Source: Cyanophora paradoxa CCMP329 (Eukaryota > Plantae > Glaucophyta). From it: DNA of 64,000 bases. Positions 12,155 through 24,700 of this stretch are shown here, piece after piece; the stretch's first letter is position 1; every line of letters starts with the position of its first letter. The notes beneath the pieces are model-generated. The model ran no database searches, was not told the DNA's origin, and was given only the letters and a program-made list of their open reading frames with translations. Where the stretch lies: contig QPMI01000039.1 of the NCBI GenBank assembly GCA_004431415.1, positions 558,001-622,000 on the forward strand, in the 5' to 3' direction. Made by a program: the position numbers and the translations under genes.

Positions 12155-13218
12155 ATGGCCGCGCAAGCAGCGACGGCTGCCGAGCGCGTCCTGAGCCACT
12201 TCAGTAAGTGGCAACCGGCTTACCTCTCCGGAGCCGCTGTCATCGGGATCTTCAGCGCCTTCGGACAGTTTTGCTACAATCTGGGCGCGGCGGTGCGTGT
12301 ATTGCGCATTTCTTCCGCGCACGGCATGCCAACTTGCGTTCGTCCAGGGGAGGGAGCAGGAAGTGAACGTCCTCAAGGCGCGCGTTAATCACATTTCTCC
12401 TCAGCATGAAGCTCACAGCCGCGTGCGCAGGAGAAGCTCGTGCATGAGAAGGTGCGCGTGCTTGAGCTTCGTGCATGCGCGGGGTGCCGCGCGCTGGCCC
12501 GGCCGGGCATGCATCGCGCGCATTTTCGCAACTATAGCTATAGCTAGGAGCGCTAGCTCACTGCCGCGTGCGCAGGAAAAGCGCGTGGGTGCAGAGGTGC
12601 GTTGAGCGTGCACGGGATCCCGCGCGCTCGCCGTGTTCGGGCATCGCATTAGCTGCTTCTCACAGCCGTGTGCGCAGGAGAAGCTCGTGCATGAGAAGGT
12701 GCGCGTGCTTGAGCTTCTTGCATGCGCGGGGTGCCGCGCGCTGGCCCGCCCGGGCACATACATGCATTGCATTTCCGCTTCTAGAAGCTCACAGCCGCGT
12801 GCGCAGGAAAGGCGCGTGGGTGCAGAGGTGCGTTGAGCGTGCGCGCGCGGGATCGATCCCGCGCGCTGGCCGCGCTGTGCGCAGAAGAAGCTCGAGGGCG
12901 AAAAGGTTCCTTCACGAAACGAATTACTCGATCGGCGCCTGACGCATTCGGCCTGAGCCTCGCGGCAGGAGAAGCGAGCTTCGCTGCAGGCGGACCTCGT
13001 CTACGCCCAGGGAAAGGTCCGCAAAGACCAAGACCACGTGCACGGTCGTTGTCTTTGCGAAGACGACCATTCGAATTCTGCAGGCCGCGATTGCGGACGT
13101 CTTTTCTCAATTCTCAAAGCGCCACGACCCTCAGTCTATCGCCAAGACGATGGTGCGCCTGAAATCCTTCTACTCCGTGGATATGTTTGATTTGTTGCCA
13201 CAGGAGCCGTCGGAGTGA
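12155..13218 (+). CDS. Orphan micro-exon gene: N-terminal hydrophobic segment plus a coiled coil from 21-nt exons (~134 aa)
   Basis: Exons 12155-12292, 12348-12377, 12431-12451, 12576-12596, 12678-12698, 12807-12827, 12885-12905, 12969-13016, 13084-13152 and 13204-13218. All are phase 0, with CAG acceptors and GT donors (one GC). The path gives an open frame to TGA. Confidence 0.75.
12408..12860 (+). repeat. Tandem duplication of a two-exon/two-intron unit (~230-250 bp)
   Basis: GCGCAG|GAGAAGCTCGTGCATGAGAAG|GTGCGCGTGCTTGAGCTTC occurs at 12431 and 12678. GCGCAG|GAAA(A/G)GCGCGTGGGTGCAGAG|GTGCGTTGAGCGTGC occurs at 12576 and 12807. Confidence 0.92.
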
Positions 13219-13742
13219 GGGGTGCGGACGTGTTACGAGTGAGGTGTGCGAACTTGTCATGGCCCATCCATCAATTCATCTCCTTTGCCCCAGCTTCAGC
13301 GCCAGCCTGCCCTCTCCTGAACTTGCTCCCTCTCGAAATCCTATTCCGTCCCGCCAGATTCGATCGCGATGTAAGAGCCCGTCCCTCTCCCGGCAGTATA
13401 CGTGCGCATGCATGTACAGTAACGTCAATGTCGATCTTATCTTAAAGGCGCCTTCTTGCCTGGGCGATGCCGATCGACTTTGGAGGCCGGGGTTCCGAGT
13501 TCGACCCTGCGACCTCCCTCGCTGCCGTCCGCCTCTGTGCGAACTAGCTCCGCCCCCGCCACCCCCCCCCCCTCCCCCCCCCCTCCCCCCTCCCCTCCCC
13601 AGTCTACACGCGGTGTACCCTAGTCTACACGAGGGCGGCCGAGGAGGGAGGAGGGGACCCGCGCGAGAAGGAAAGGGCGGCGGGAGACCGGCGGGGAGGA
13701 ACAGAGGGCCCCCGGGCGGGGCGGGGCGGGGCGGAGGGCGGG

Positions 13743-15050
13743 GCCCGGGGAGGAAGGCGCGTGGGAGTCGCGTGGAGGGGAGCGTGAAGCGGTGGCTCCC
13801 TCGCGAATGAAGCCGCCGGCCGCCTCCTCGCCCGCCGCGATCACCCTTTCGAGTGCCCCGGAGACGCTCCGGGGGAGTACCGCCCTCCTCTGCCCCCTCC
13901 ACCTCGTCCCCCATCGCGGCCTGCGCGGGCGCCTCAGGGGCAGGTCGCGGCGGCAGAGAGAGGGAAAGAAGTGGGTACCCCGCCCGCCTCCTCCCCCGCT
14001 GTCCCTCCTCGTCGACTTCGCTCTCTCGTCCCCGCGTTGGAGACGGGGGAGGGCTCAGGGAGGGAGGGAGGGGGGGTGGAGGGGGGAGGGGAGGGGAGGG
14101 GGAGGGGGGGGGGTAGGAGGGCGGCGCTGGAGATGTGGAGGGCAAGGGGCGACAGGGGTAGCGGAAGGGAAGGGGGAGGGACGGGAGGGAGTAGCGGGCA
14201 AAAGGGGGTGCATGGCACGCGGGGGAGGGGCAGGAAGGAGCGCGTGCGGCTTTGAGGGCGGGCGCGGCGGGGGCGGAGAAGGGTAGGGGGAGGGGAAGCG
14301 GAGGGAGGGCCGGTCCCTGGCATCTGCGCCCCCGATAAGGAGACGGCGAGCGGGCCGCGGGGGGTGCGAAACGGCGCGCACAGGAGCCTGCGGGAGGTGC
14401 GGGGGGCCGGCCCTGCGCTTTGGAGCGGACTGGAAGCGCTCGCCATCGCCGCCGCCGGCCCGGGGCGGGGAAGGGGGGAGGGGGCCGGGAGGGCCCCCGC
14501 CCGCCGCCTGCGCCGTCCGCTCCTCGCAACTGAAAGACTCGCAAAAAAAGAGGGGCCCCGGGCCCCTCTCCCGGAGGGGCGCCGCCTCTCGCGCCCCGAA
14601 GGCGCGGCCCCCGCGCACCCGCGCCGCAGTGCCCCGAAGCGCGCGAGCGGATGCGGTCCGACGCGGGACCGAGCATTGGCACCGGCACGCCGCCTCGCGA
14701 TCGGCGCGGGGCCGCGCATTGCTGCCGGCACGCGGCGGCTGAATGCCACGCGGGCCTCGTCTGCCGGCTGGCGGGAGCCATGGCCGGCCGCGGCAGCTGA
14801 GAGTGAGCCGAGTGAGCCGGCGCCGCGAGTGGAGTGAGCCGCCGCCGCGGCCCGCCGGCTCTCGACTCGCGACGCACCTCCTGAGAAAGCGATGGAACGC
14901 GGCGGGACTCAGCGATAGTCCTGCTGAGAGGCGTCGCTGGACAGCGCGGGGACGAGCGCTGCGAGGGGAAGGCCGCGGCTGCTGCGGGGACAGAAGGCGC
15001 TGCGCGAGGCCTCCAGCGGGGCCTGACCTCGGCTTGAACTCTGGCCTGGC
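13743..15050. repeat. Copy C of the direct duplication
   Basis: Colinear with 10555-12110 (see copy B). Confidence 0.9.
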
Positions 15051-15149
15051 GGCTTGGAGCCGTGAGGGGGTAGAGGGCGGTTGTGGCCTGGCCAGGTCGG
15101 CAACAGCCCAGCCGGCGACCAGCTCACTTGAAACGGCTACAACAACGCA

Positions 15150-15721
15150 ATGCCGCCAGGCCCGCGGGCGCAAGAGGCCCTCTCCCTATACCGCGCCATC
15201 CTTCGCGCCGCGAAAGGCATGCCGACGGACAACCGTGTCGGATTCATCAGAGCAAAGGTGCGGCGGCGGCGCTCCTAGCTCACCGCGCGCCCGTCGGCCG
15301 CCGCTAACACGGACCGCCGCGCCGCTCAGACCCGGCATGAATACGATAAGGCACGCGGCGAGACGGACCCCGAGAAGATCGACTTTCTCCTGCGCCTCGG
15401 ATGGACGCAGCTCGACAGCATCCAGGTCCAGGTGACCGCGCGCGCGCCGTGCGACCTTGACCGCGTGCCATGCGCCGGCGAGCGTGGCGCTGTTAGCTAT
15501 AGACGCATCGCGCCGCCGCGCAGCGATGAGCGCGCGAAATCTGAGGCGCGTTCTGCCCGCAGGCGCAGCACCTGACCGAGCTCGCCCAGATGGACATGAG
15601 GCCCTTCAAAGGTCGGCCTGGCCCCCGCGGCCCGCGGCCGCCGCCGGCTCGCCGGCCCCGGCTCGCGCTCATGCTGCGGGTCGCAGGCGTGCGGAACACG
15701 GTGACTCTCGAGGACGACTAG
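15150..15721 (+). CDS. LYR-motif (Complex1_LYR-like) small mitochondrial protein, 3 introns
   Basis: Spliced: MPPGPRAQEALSLYRAILRAAKGMPTDNRVGFIRAK|TRHEYDKARGETDPEKIDFLLRLGWTQL...VTLEDD*. Shows the LYR motif followed by R-x-E-Y and D-P-x-x-I. Confidence 0.88.
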
Positions 15722-16032
15722 CTCGGGGCGGCCCGGCCGCCTGCTCTTCTACTTTAATCTGCTACGGGGATCCTCCCAGCGAGAGCTTTCGCCCAGTTCC
15801 AGCCTGCACTGTTCAGGCTCGGGCGCCGGCTGATCATGAGACGAACAGCTCTGCGCCGATTATCGGCTACGCCGGCTCCCCTCGGCCCCCGCGCCTCCGT
15901 CCTTCCGGCCCTCCCCGATGCAGCTCTACAGCTCTGCGTGATCCATCTATGCCTATCGCACTCCGCAACAGTAACTGTATCTTAGTTTAATAATTATAAC
16001 GAAGACTGAAAGTCGCGTGCGCGCGTGGGCGG

Positions 16033-16828
16033 TCACAGGCGCAGGGGGAAGCCGGCGCCGGCGCCGGAGAGGACGCGCGCCGTCGCGTTTTGGAAGCGGA
16101 CGGTGGTCGGGCGCGGGTTCATGAGGTGCTGGAACTGCGCGCGCGCGCGAGCGCCGCCCAGCGTCACAAGCGGCGCGAGGTCTACTTTAGATGAAACTCG
16201 AAGTTCAGTTCGAACCTTGCGCCTCCTGAGCTTGCTGCGGATCCACTTCACCAGGCCCCAGAGCGCGATGAAGCCGACGACCGCCGCGACGGAGACGCCC
16301 GCGACGCAGCCGCCCCCGCACTCTGAGGCAGCGCTCGAGTCTGAGGCGCCGAGGCGCGGGCGGGCGGGCGGGCTGCGAACGCACGGGCGGAGGTGCTCTG
16401 CGAGAAGCGTTTCACCTGCTGGATCGTCGTGTCGAGCTGCGAGGCGAGGCAGTTGCGCTCCGCGTACACCCAGAGGCCCCCGCAGTTCACCGAGTTCCCG
16501 CTGCGCTGGCCGGCGGGCGCGACGCTGAGCACTCGGGAGGGCCCGCGAAGCGCTCGGGCACCGCAAGCGCTCACCTCCAGAGGCAGCCCTGGCCGGGGCA
16601 CCTGCAGGGCTATGAGATCCGGATGCGCTTCACACGGTGGACGTGTACGCGGCGCGCTAACCACTGGCAGGTGCCGAACCCGTCCCACTGGTAAACGCAG
16701 GCGCTGCAGGAGATGTGTTGGGCGCAGAGCCCCGCCGCGCTCTCCTCCTTCGTCGGCACGACTGTTGCAGAGGCCGACCGGAGCGCCGCGAGGAGGGCGA
16801 GGAGGGCGCCCAGGACCCGCCCCTCCAT
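16033..16828 (-). CDS. Small single-pass membrane protein with signal peptide and Cys-rich PSI-like domain
   Basis: Signal MEGRVLGALLALLAALRSASA. Spliced CAQHISCSACVYQWDGFGTCQWCPGQGC fits the PSI pattern. TM VAGVSVAAVVGFIALWGLV is followed by KWIRSKLRRRK. Confidence 0.75.
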
Positions 16829-17199
16829 AGCGCAGTTCGAGGCGCTTCTGGAAGACGCGCTGGAAAGGCGGCCAGTCTCTGGGACAGGAGGCGGCCGGGC
16901 GTTGTCGCGGCTTGTCGGCCTGAAGCTGTTGGCTGCACGTGTACACTTGTAGCTACGCGAAGGAAGCGCGTTAGCAGAGCGGCGGTGGCAGTGCCGTGCT
17001 CAATCCGGGGTACGTGGGTGCGTGGCCCAACTGGGGTACATCTTAAAGAGGCATATCATCGCCTCTGTTCGTGGTGCGGGCCGGCCCTCCTGCCGTCGTT
17101 TAGACACAGCAGCCTCTGTCTCTGCCCTGCCTCGTCGCGGCACGGCTGGTGCAGTTCTCACTCAATCCGGCTTGTCGGCAGGCCTAGAGGCAGTTCAGA

Positions 17200-20100
17200 A
17201 TGAGCAACGCGTTCGCGACGTTCCTCGTTCCGGTGCGTCTCTTTAGCGACGGCGTCGTGGGCGGTCGGCCGGGCGCCGACGGAATCAACATCATATCTGC
17301 CGCTGGGTTGGGTTGGGGTCATGGGCGACGTTTTCGTTTTCGGGCGGACTGCGCGGTTACGGTTTAGAGCGGCATCAGCGCGGCCTGCCGGCCCAACCGC
17401 CCCGCCGTTCGCTGCGCGCGCACCGACGTCGCGGCTTCGCAGGCCGGCGCCGTCGATGTCAATGCGCCGGCCCGCGGCGTGACGGGCACGCTCGCGGTTT
17501 CTACCTCTCGCAACTTGGCGGCGGCGGCGGCCCTCGCCTCCGGCCGGAAGGCCTTCCTCGGCTCGCGCCCGTCGAGCACGTTCTCTTTCGGCGCCCAGGC
17601 CCCCGCGTTCACCATCAGCAACGAGCTCGAGAGTGCGCCGCTCGGGCACCGGAGCCGACGGCCGCGGCTGATGGCTGGCGGACACGTTGCGCAGCCCCGC
17701 GGGTTAGCTCGGATGGCGCCGGCAAGGTCATCGAGGTCCTGGAGAAGGTCACCGAGAAGGTGAAGACCCAGACTCTGAACTTGTGGAAGAACGCCAACCC
17801 GAAGGTGCGCCCGCGGCCCGGCGCCGACGGCGCGGCGGCGGCGTCGGTCCGACGGCGGTGCGGCGCGTGGGCAGGACGTGCCGGAGCCGCTCTCCAAGGC
17901 CTGGTCGGCCTTCCTGAAGACGGCGCCGAAGATTAAGTCGGTGCTGCCGGCCCCCTACAAGGAGATGAGCGACGACGCCGCCGGCTTCTCCGCCATCACC
18001 GCCGTCATGGGTCCGCGCCCCGCCCGCCCCGCCCCCTGCGCTCCTTTTCCCTTCCTTTTCTGAGGCTCGGGCAGCCGTCCTCCACCTGTGGTACGCCGTC
18101 AACGTCTCGGGCCCGTCCGAGCCGCCCAAGTCCCGCGTCCAGGCGCGTCCCTGTCTTGCCGCGCCGCGCAGGGCGCCGGCAGCCGCGCCCGAGGCTGACC
18201 GGCGGAGCAGGAGGTGCCGAAGGAGATCGTGATGAAGCAGGACACGTCCTCGCCGCGCATCATGCAGGAGCGCGGCCGCACCGCCGAGGTCCGCCCGCTC
18301 TGCCGCACCGCGCCGCGCCTCGGATCGAATTCGAACCGCTCGTCTGACGTCGATGTGCCCGTTCTTTCTCTGCGCAGTCGTACAAGAACGAGTTCGAGCA
18401 GCTGACCAAGGACGTCGAGGCCCAGATCATGTCCGGCATCTCCGAGGTCAGCGTGAGCGCCGCGAAATTTGATCTCGAATTCGGTCGGTCTGCGATTCGA
18501 TCCGGGGAGCTGACGCCGCCGCCCTCGTGCAGGAGAACCTGGACCCGTCCATCGTCTCCCAGATCGAGATCTCCTTCATCAACAGCACCGTCAACGTGAC
18601 CGTCAAGGTCCGTTGTACACGTACCCCTCTTCTTCCCCCTCGCCTCACGCCGCGGGGGGGTACAGGACGACTGGAAGAAGGTCTCGTTCGACGAGCAGGA
18701 GAAGGTCGGCGCCAAGCTGGCCGACAAGGTCTGCCATCTCTCTCTCTCTTCAAATTCAAATTTGAATTCGAATCTAAACCCGTTTTACAGGTCCGCAAGC
18801 TCGAGTTCACCGAGGTCGACGTCCTCGACAAGGACGGCATCCTCCTCGGGTACCACCGCAGGTCCGTCCCCGCCGGGACCCCGTACCCCCGCCCGCCCGC
18901 CGGGGTGCCGCGTACCCCCCTCAAGCGCCGAAGCAGCTCGGAGGTCGCCGTCAACTTCGGCACCCGCTACCGCGCCATCATCGAGTCCCAGGCCGCCTCC
19001 CTCGACGTCCGTACCCCCCTCCTTCCTTCCTTCCCCCCCCCCCCCCCCCTTCTCTTCCTCTAACTTCTTTTCGGTGCAGGCGCTCAAGGCGCAGCTGGAG
19101 ACGACGAACGCGGCGCTGGGCGAGCGCGACGCGCGCATCGCGGCGCTTGAGAAGGAGTCGGCGCAGCGCGGCGAGGGCCTCGCGCAGGCCCGCAGCCAGG
19201 TCCAGGCCCTGGAGCAGGAGAAGGCCGCCCTCAAGAGCACCCAGGCCGAGCTCCAGGCCCAGATCTCCTCCCAGGCCGACAAGCTCAAGAACCTCCAGGC
19301 CCGCCCGGATCAAATCATCCGGCCCGGCGATCTTGATCCGCCCTGACCGGAGTCGATCCCGGGCGCGCAGGCGACTCTGCAGAGCACGATCGTGGAGCGG
19401 GACAACGCCGTCGCGCAGAGCGCTGCGGCGGTGCAGAAGGCGGACGCGGCGGCGGCGCAGGCCGAGCAGCTCAACGCGTCCCTCCTCGACACCCAGGCCA
19501 AGCTCCAGGTCCGCGGGCGGGCGGCTGGAGAGGGGCGGGGGGCGCCTCGCTGACTTGTTCGGTCCAGGCGACCTCGGAGAAGCTGGCGCAGACCTCGTCG
19601 GCGCTGCAGGGCGCCACCGCCGAGCGCGACGCCGCCATCCAGAAGCTCACCGCCGTGCGCCCCGTACCCCCCTCCCCCGTCCCGCCCCCGCTTAACCTGT
19701 ACCCCCTCCCGCAGGTCCAGCAGCAGCTGGAGACGGCGAACGCGGACAAGGCCAAGACCGCCGCCGCTCTCTCCAAGCTCCAGGCCGACTACAACGCCGT
19801 GCAGCCGACCCTCAAGGCCGCCCAGGCCGACCTCGCCAAGAAGGAGACCGAGGTTCGGCTCCCGCTGGGGCCTTTCCATTCTTTCTTCTTCCCCCCGTGA
19901 CCCGGCGCCCCGCCATGCCGGCAGGTCGCCGCGGCGACGCAGAAGCTGCAGGCGCTCACCGCCGAGCGTACCCAGCTCGCCTCCCAGGTCGCCTCCCTCA
20001 AGGTGCCGTACCCCCCTCGTCTTCTCCCCCTCTCCTCCCCCCCCCTCCTTTTATTTCCTGACGGGGCCGGCAGGCCTCGGACGCGTCGCGCGCCTCGGCC

Positions 20101-20858
20101 CTCGGCGCCGCTGAGAACAAGATCAAGGCGCTCGAGAACTCGGTACCCCGTCCCCTCCCCCTCGCCTCGGTAGTACCCCCCCCCCCTGACCCGGCCGCCC
20201 CCTCCCCCAGATCGCCCAGGCGGACGGCAAGGTCCAGTCGCTGTCGGCGGACAAGGCGGCGCTGGCGCAGCAGCTGGCGGGCCTGAAGGGCGCCGAGGGC
20301 CAGATCAAGCAGCTGACGGCGGCGAAGGAGTCGCTGGACGCCAAGCTGCAGGCGGCCGCCGACGAGAAGGCCGGCCTCCAGCAGCAGCTCGCGGCGCTGA
20401 AGGACGCGAGCAGCAAGCTCGCGGCGCTCCAGAGCGACAAGAGCAAGCTCGAGGCGGCCGTGCAGTCGGCCAAGGAGCAGGTCGCGTCGCTCCAGGCGGA
20501 GAAGAAGGAGCTGACGTCGGCGGCCACCGCCGCCGAGCGGACCGCAAAGGCGGCCCAGACGGAGGCCGAGAAGGCGGCGGCGGCGGCGGCCAAGCTGGAG
20601 CAGCAGCTGGCGTCGACGCAGGCGGAGAAGTCGAAGCTCAACTCGGACATCACGGCGCTGAAGACGGAGAAGGGCGAGGCGGTGCGGTACGCCTCCATGT
20701 CCGAGGCCAAGATCCGCGAGCTCACCTCCAAGGTCCCTCCTCCCTCCCTTCTCGACTGACTGATTGCTTCCGAGCCTTCTTCTCCTGCTGATCCCTCTCT
20801 CTCTCTCTCTCGCTCTCAGATCGCGAAGCTCGAGTCGCAGCTCAACGGCGACGAGTAG
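17200..20858 (+). CDS. Plastid-targeted protein: transit peptide, hydrophobic segment, globular domain, long C-terminal coiled coil
   Basis: Starts MSNAFATFLVP, then a Ser/Thr/Ala/Arg-rich transit-like region. Many short in-frame exons and heptad-rich A/E/K/Q/L exons at 19080-20858. Stop TAG 20856-20858. Confidence 0.8.
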
Positions 20859-21760
20859 GCGCCTCTCGGCCCGCCCGGCCGATGCCGGAGCCTCGCGCGG
20901 GCGCGTTCTTCCTCTTCTGGGGCTTGGGGTCGGCCCCCTGTCTGTGTCCGTCCGTCCGTCCGTCTGTCTCGCGCGCGCGCCCCGGAGAGGCTTCCTCACC
21001 CCCCCTCCATGTACTTTCACCAGTTCCAGGATGCTTTTTTGATCGACCGCGTCATAATAATCACGCATGTTTAGAGGCTGTAGCCATGTATGTGATCCCC
21101 TCTCAGGCAGTGCAGGTCGCCCAGATGACCCGTATAAAGTAGTGCGATTTTCTTCGAGCTAGCGCTCCCCCCTTTCCTCCTCCGAGGCTCTCGGGCCGCG
21201 GGGCTGTCCCTCTGCGGCCCCGCGCCCTTGCGCCCGCGTTCCAGCATCGAGCCTGGTCGTGCATTGATGTTCAATGGTTTTTCGTGTGTTCAGAGAGTGC
21301 CTATCTTCGATCCCTTGAAGAGCGGGTGCCTGGCCATGGGGATCTAGATCTACTAGGTCCGGACCCGGGAGCCTATAGACTAGCCTGCGCAAGCCGCGGC
21401 GGGGCCTGAGCGGCGCGGCCCCAGCGAAGCAGTGATTTTTGGCTTAAATCGATATCATAGTATTATCGATATCACATTTTCAATTTTGCAACAGGCCCTG
21501 CTGCCTTCCCAACCAACCTAAGGGCCTTCAAACTTGACAACAAGGCTTTCATCATGTGTTCATCCGATCATGATTATGGCCGGGCCCCGGGCATCATGCA
21601 TATGCATGTGACAGTGTGTTTGTTTTGCATATGTTGCAATGCAAACCGTCACGGCGCCGCGGCATTACTAAAGTCATCATGGCATGATCACGCTATCATG
21701 GGCACGATCAGACGGCGCGCGCGTGCCGGCCGAGGGCGCGGGGCGGTCCGGCGCCGGTGG

Positions 21761-24700
21761 TCAGGTGGGGAGGATGCGGGCGCCGTCGGGCATGGAGGCG
21801 TAGAACTCCCGCATCGCCTCCCGGTCGTTCGTCAGCTGCCAGAAGCCCTGCGCGGGGGGAGGGGGGTGGGAGGGAGAAAGGGGGGTAGCGGCCACTCATG
21901 ATCAGTGACTCGGTGATTTTGGGTCGAGGGAGGGGAGAGGCTGGAACGCGCCTCGGTCTTGGCGACGGCCCCGTAGTGCGTGAAGATGTAGTGCTGCGAG
22001 AAATCCTGCAGGTACCCCTCTGGCGAAAGTGGATCAGTCGGGGTACATCGGATCGGAGTTCGAGGAGGGTACCCGCACCGCGGATGGCGACGGCGCGGCG
22101 GAAGACGTACGCGACGTTCTGAACGTTCACGTTGCGGGGTACGTGCTGCTGGCACAGCGCCTTCGGGGGAGGGGAGGGGGGAAGGTCAGGGGACTACGGT
22201 GGGGAAGGGGGGTACGGGGTTGCACGGCGAGGCGCTTGAGGTGGTACAGCTCCGCGAGTTGCAGCAGGTCGATCGCGATCGCCGCGTCCGTCTTTTTGGG
22301 CACGCGTTCGGGTCAAGAAAGGGGAGGGATCGTGGGGGCGGGGGGGGGGGGGGGGGGGGGAAGGAAAGCTCGGAGGAGTACCTTTACGTCCTCGTTCACG
22401 TCGCCGGTGTACAGGAACTGGGGGCGAGGGGAGGGGGATGAGCCGGGGCTTCCGGGTAGGGAAAGAGGGAGAAAGGGGTACCTCGAGGAGGGCGAAGACG
22501 ACGGGGTACGAGTCGGGGATGCGGAGCTCGGGGAGGGCCTGCGGGGTACGGTGAATTCAACGGAGGGGCGTGCAGGAGAGGGGTGGGGCCGCACGGAGGG
22601 TGGGCGGAGGGGCGGGGGTTGCGGGGCGGCGGAGGGGGCGGGGTGGGGCCGGGTGCCGGAGGATGAGGAGGGGCCGGGGGGCGGGGTGGCGGGCGGGGCG
22701 CCCGGGGTGGCGGGGGTAGGGCCGGCGGGGGCCTTGGCGGGGGTAGCGGCGCCGGCGAGGGAGCCCTGCGGCGGCTCCTCCTGGGAGCGGCTGAAGAGCA
22801 CCTCCAGCTGCGGGCAGCTGCGCCGGCCCCGTCGGCGCCAGCCCGGGCGGAGGAGGGGGGGGGGGAAGTGGGGGGTACCAGGAGAAGAGGATGATCTTGT
22901 GGGCGAAGATCGTCTTCCGCTCCTCAGTCACGATCTGGGGGGTACGGCGGCTCAGGCCTCTCACGGAAGACCCCGGGAGCCAAGGAGGAGGCTTCGAGAG
23001 GGAGCCGAGGGACGAGGCTGAACGGGCCTCGGAGGAGAGGCTTTGGCGCCTAGCAGGGCCCGGAGGGCTGCCCTCTAGGAAAGGAAGAAGCGAGGGATCT
23101 ATCTAGCGGCCACCTTGATCTATCGGCGGGCTGCTTTATCAGAAAGCCCTCGGGCCCTATCTATATATCTGTAGGAAGGAAAGAGGCGATCTATCTGCAG
23201 GAAGGAAAGAAGCGGGGGACGCATCTATCTGGGCTCGGCGGGCCGCTCTACCAGGAAGCTAAGCCCGGAAGGGCGCACCTTGATGTCGGCGAGCTTGGGC
23301 TGGTCCAGCGCCCCCCGCAGGCTCTGCTCGTCGTCGCTCCGCCCCGTCAGGCGAGAGGGGCGGGAGGGGAGGGGGGGGGGGGGGGAAAGGCGCACGGGGA
23401 TGACGGAGGGGGCGGGGACGGGCACGACCCCCGCCGCCGTCAGCTCCAGCACGTACACGTCGCTGCTCACACCAGATCGGGTCGGATCGGATCGGATGTC
23501 GGACCAGAACTGGGGGAGGGGGGCGCGCCTGTAGAAGTAGTCGCCGCCGCCGCTCTCGCCGCCGAAGAGGAGCAGGCGGGAGGCCCCCGCGTGGAGCAGC
23601 GCCGTGTGGCCCGCCCGCGGCGCCGGCGAGGGGCCCGCAGGCACCGCCGGCCGCGTCCACCGCAGCTCCTGCCCCGCGCATCGGAGCGCGACGGGATCGG
23701 GGGCCTGCGGGATTCGAACCTGCAGGTCGAGGACGGCCGTGTCCGCGAAGTACGTGTCGAGTCCTGGGTACCGAATTTCGGGGTTCGGAATGGGAGGGAG
23801 CGGGCCCGAGGGGAGTACGCGCCCTGGTGGTTGGGGCCGTGCCCGCCGAAGACGACGAGCGAGTTGCCCACCGCCACCGCGGAGTGCCTTCGGGGGTACG
23901 GGGATCGGGATCGTCAGGGGGTACACGGATGGGAACCGCGAAGAAGCGCGCACCCGCCGCGCGGGGTCGGAGCGTTGCCCGTCGTCGACAACTCAGTCCA
24001 CGTGAGCGCCACTGGGGCCGGCGGCGTAAGGCGACGCCCCCGGACTAGATATACGTCCGGCGGGATTCGAACCAGGGTCCAGGACGTGCAGATCGTTGTA
24101 CGTCTTCTGACCCCCGTCCCCGCCTGCGCCGCGGCCCGTCGGCGGGGGTACCGCGAACGGGGAGCGGGGGGTACCGAAGATGTAAATCTTTCCGCCATGG
24201 AGGACGGCGCTGTGCCCGCTCCGCTCGGCGGGAGGGGTACCCGACACGTCCGGCTTGGACCACGCCATCGTCTCCAGGCAGAGGACCTGCCAGAAAGAGC
24301 TCAGAGGGGGTACGTGAATCCTTCGGGGGGTACTGCGCGCCCAGACGTCGTTGAAGTAGAGGCCGCTGGAGTCGCCGCCGAAGACCCACATGGAGTCCCC
24401 GACGAGGGTCGCCGAGTGCCCGCTTCGCTCGCAGGGCGAGGTCCCGCCCGTCGCCAGCGCGTCGCCCGCGCAGCTCCACTCCAGCCGGTCTGCGTGCCCG
24501 CCGAGCGCCCCGGTCAGCCTTCAACGCGGGGGGGCAGAGCTGGGGGGTGCCGCGCCGAGATCGAGGACGTAGACGTCCTTGTAGTCTTCCTGGCCGTCTG
24601 CAGGCGGGCGGTCAGGCGGCCCGTGGGGCGGGCGCCCAGGAGCGCGGCGGGCGGGCCGCACCGAAGCCGGCGAAGACGAAGACCCTGTGCCCGTAGAGGA

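Noticed and set aside
12408-12905. CRISPR-like repeat-spacer appearance
   Set aside because: The units have splice signals and an open spliced frame, the 'spacers' are themselves repeated, the context is eukaryotic, and there are no cas genes.
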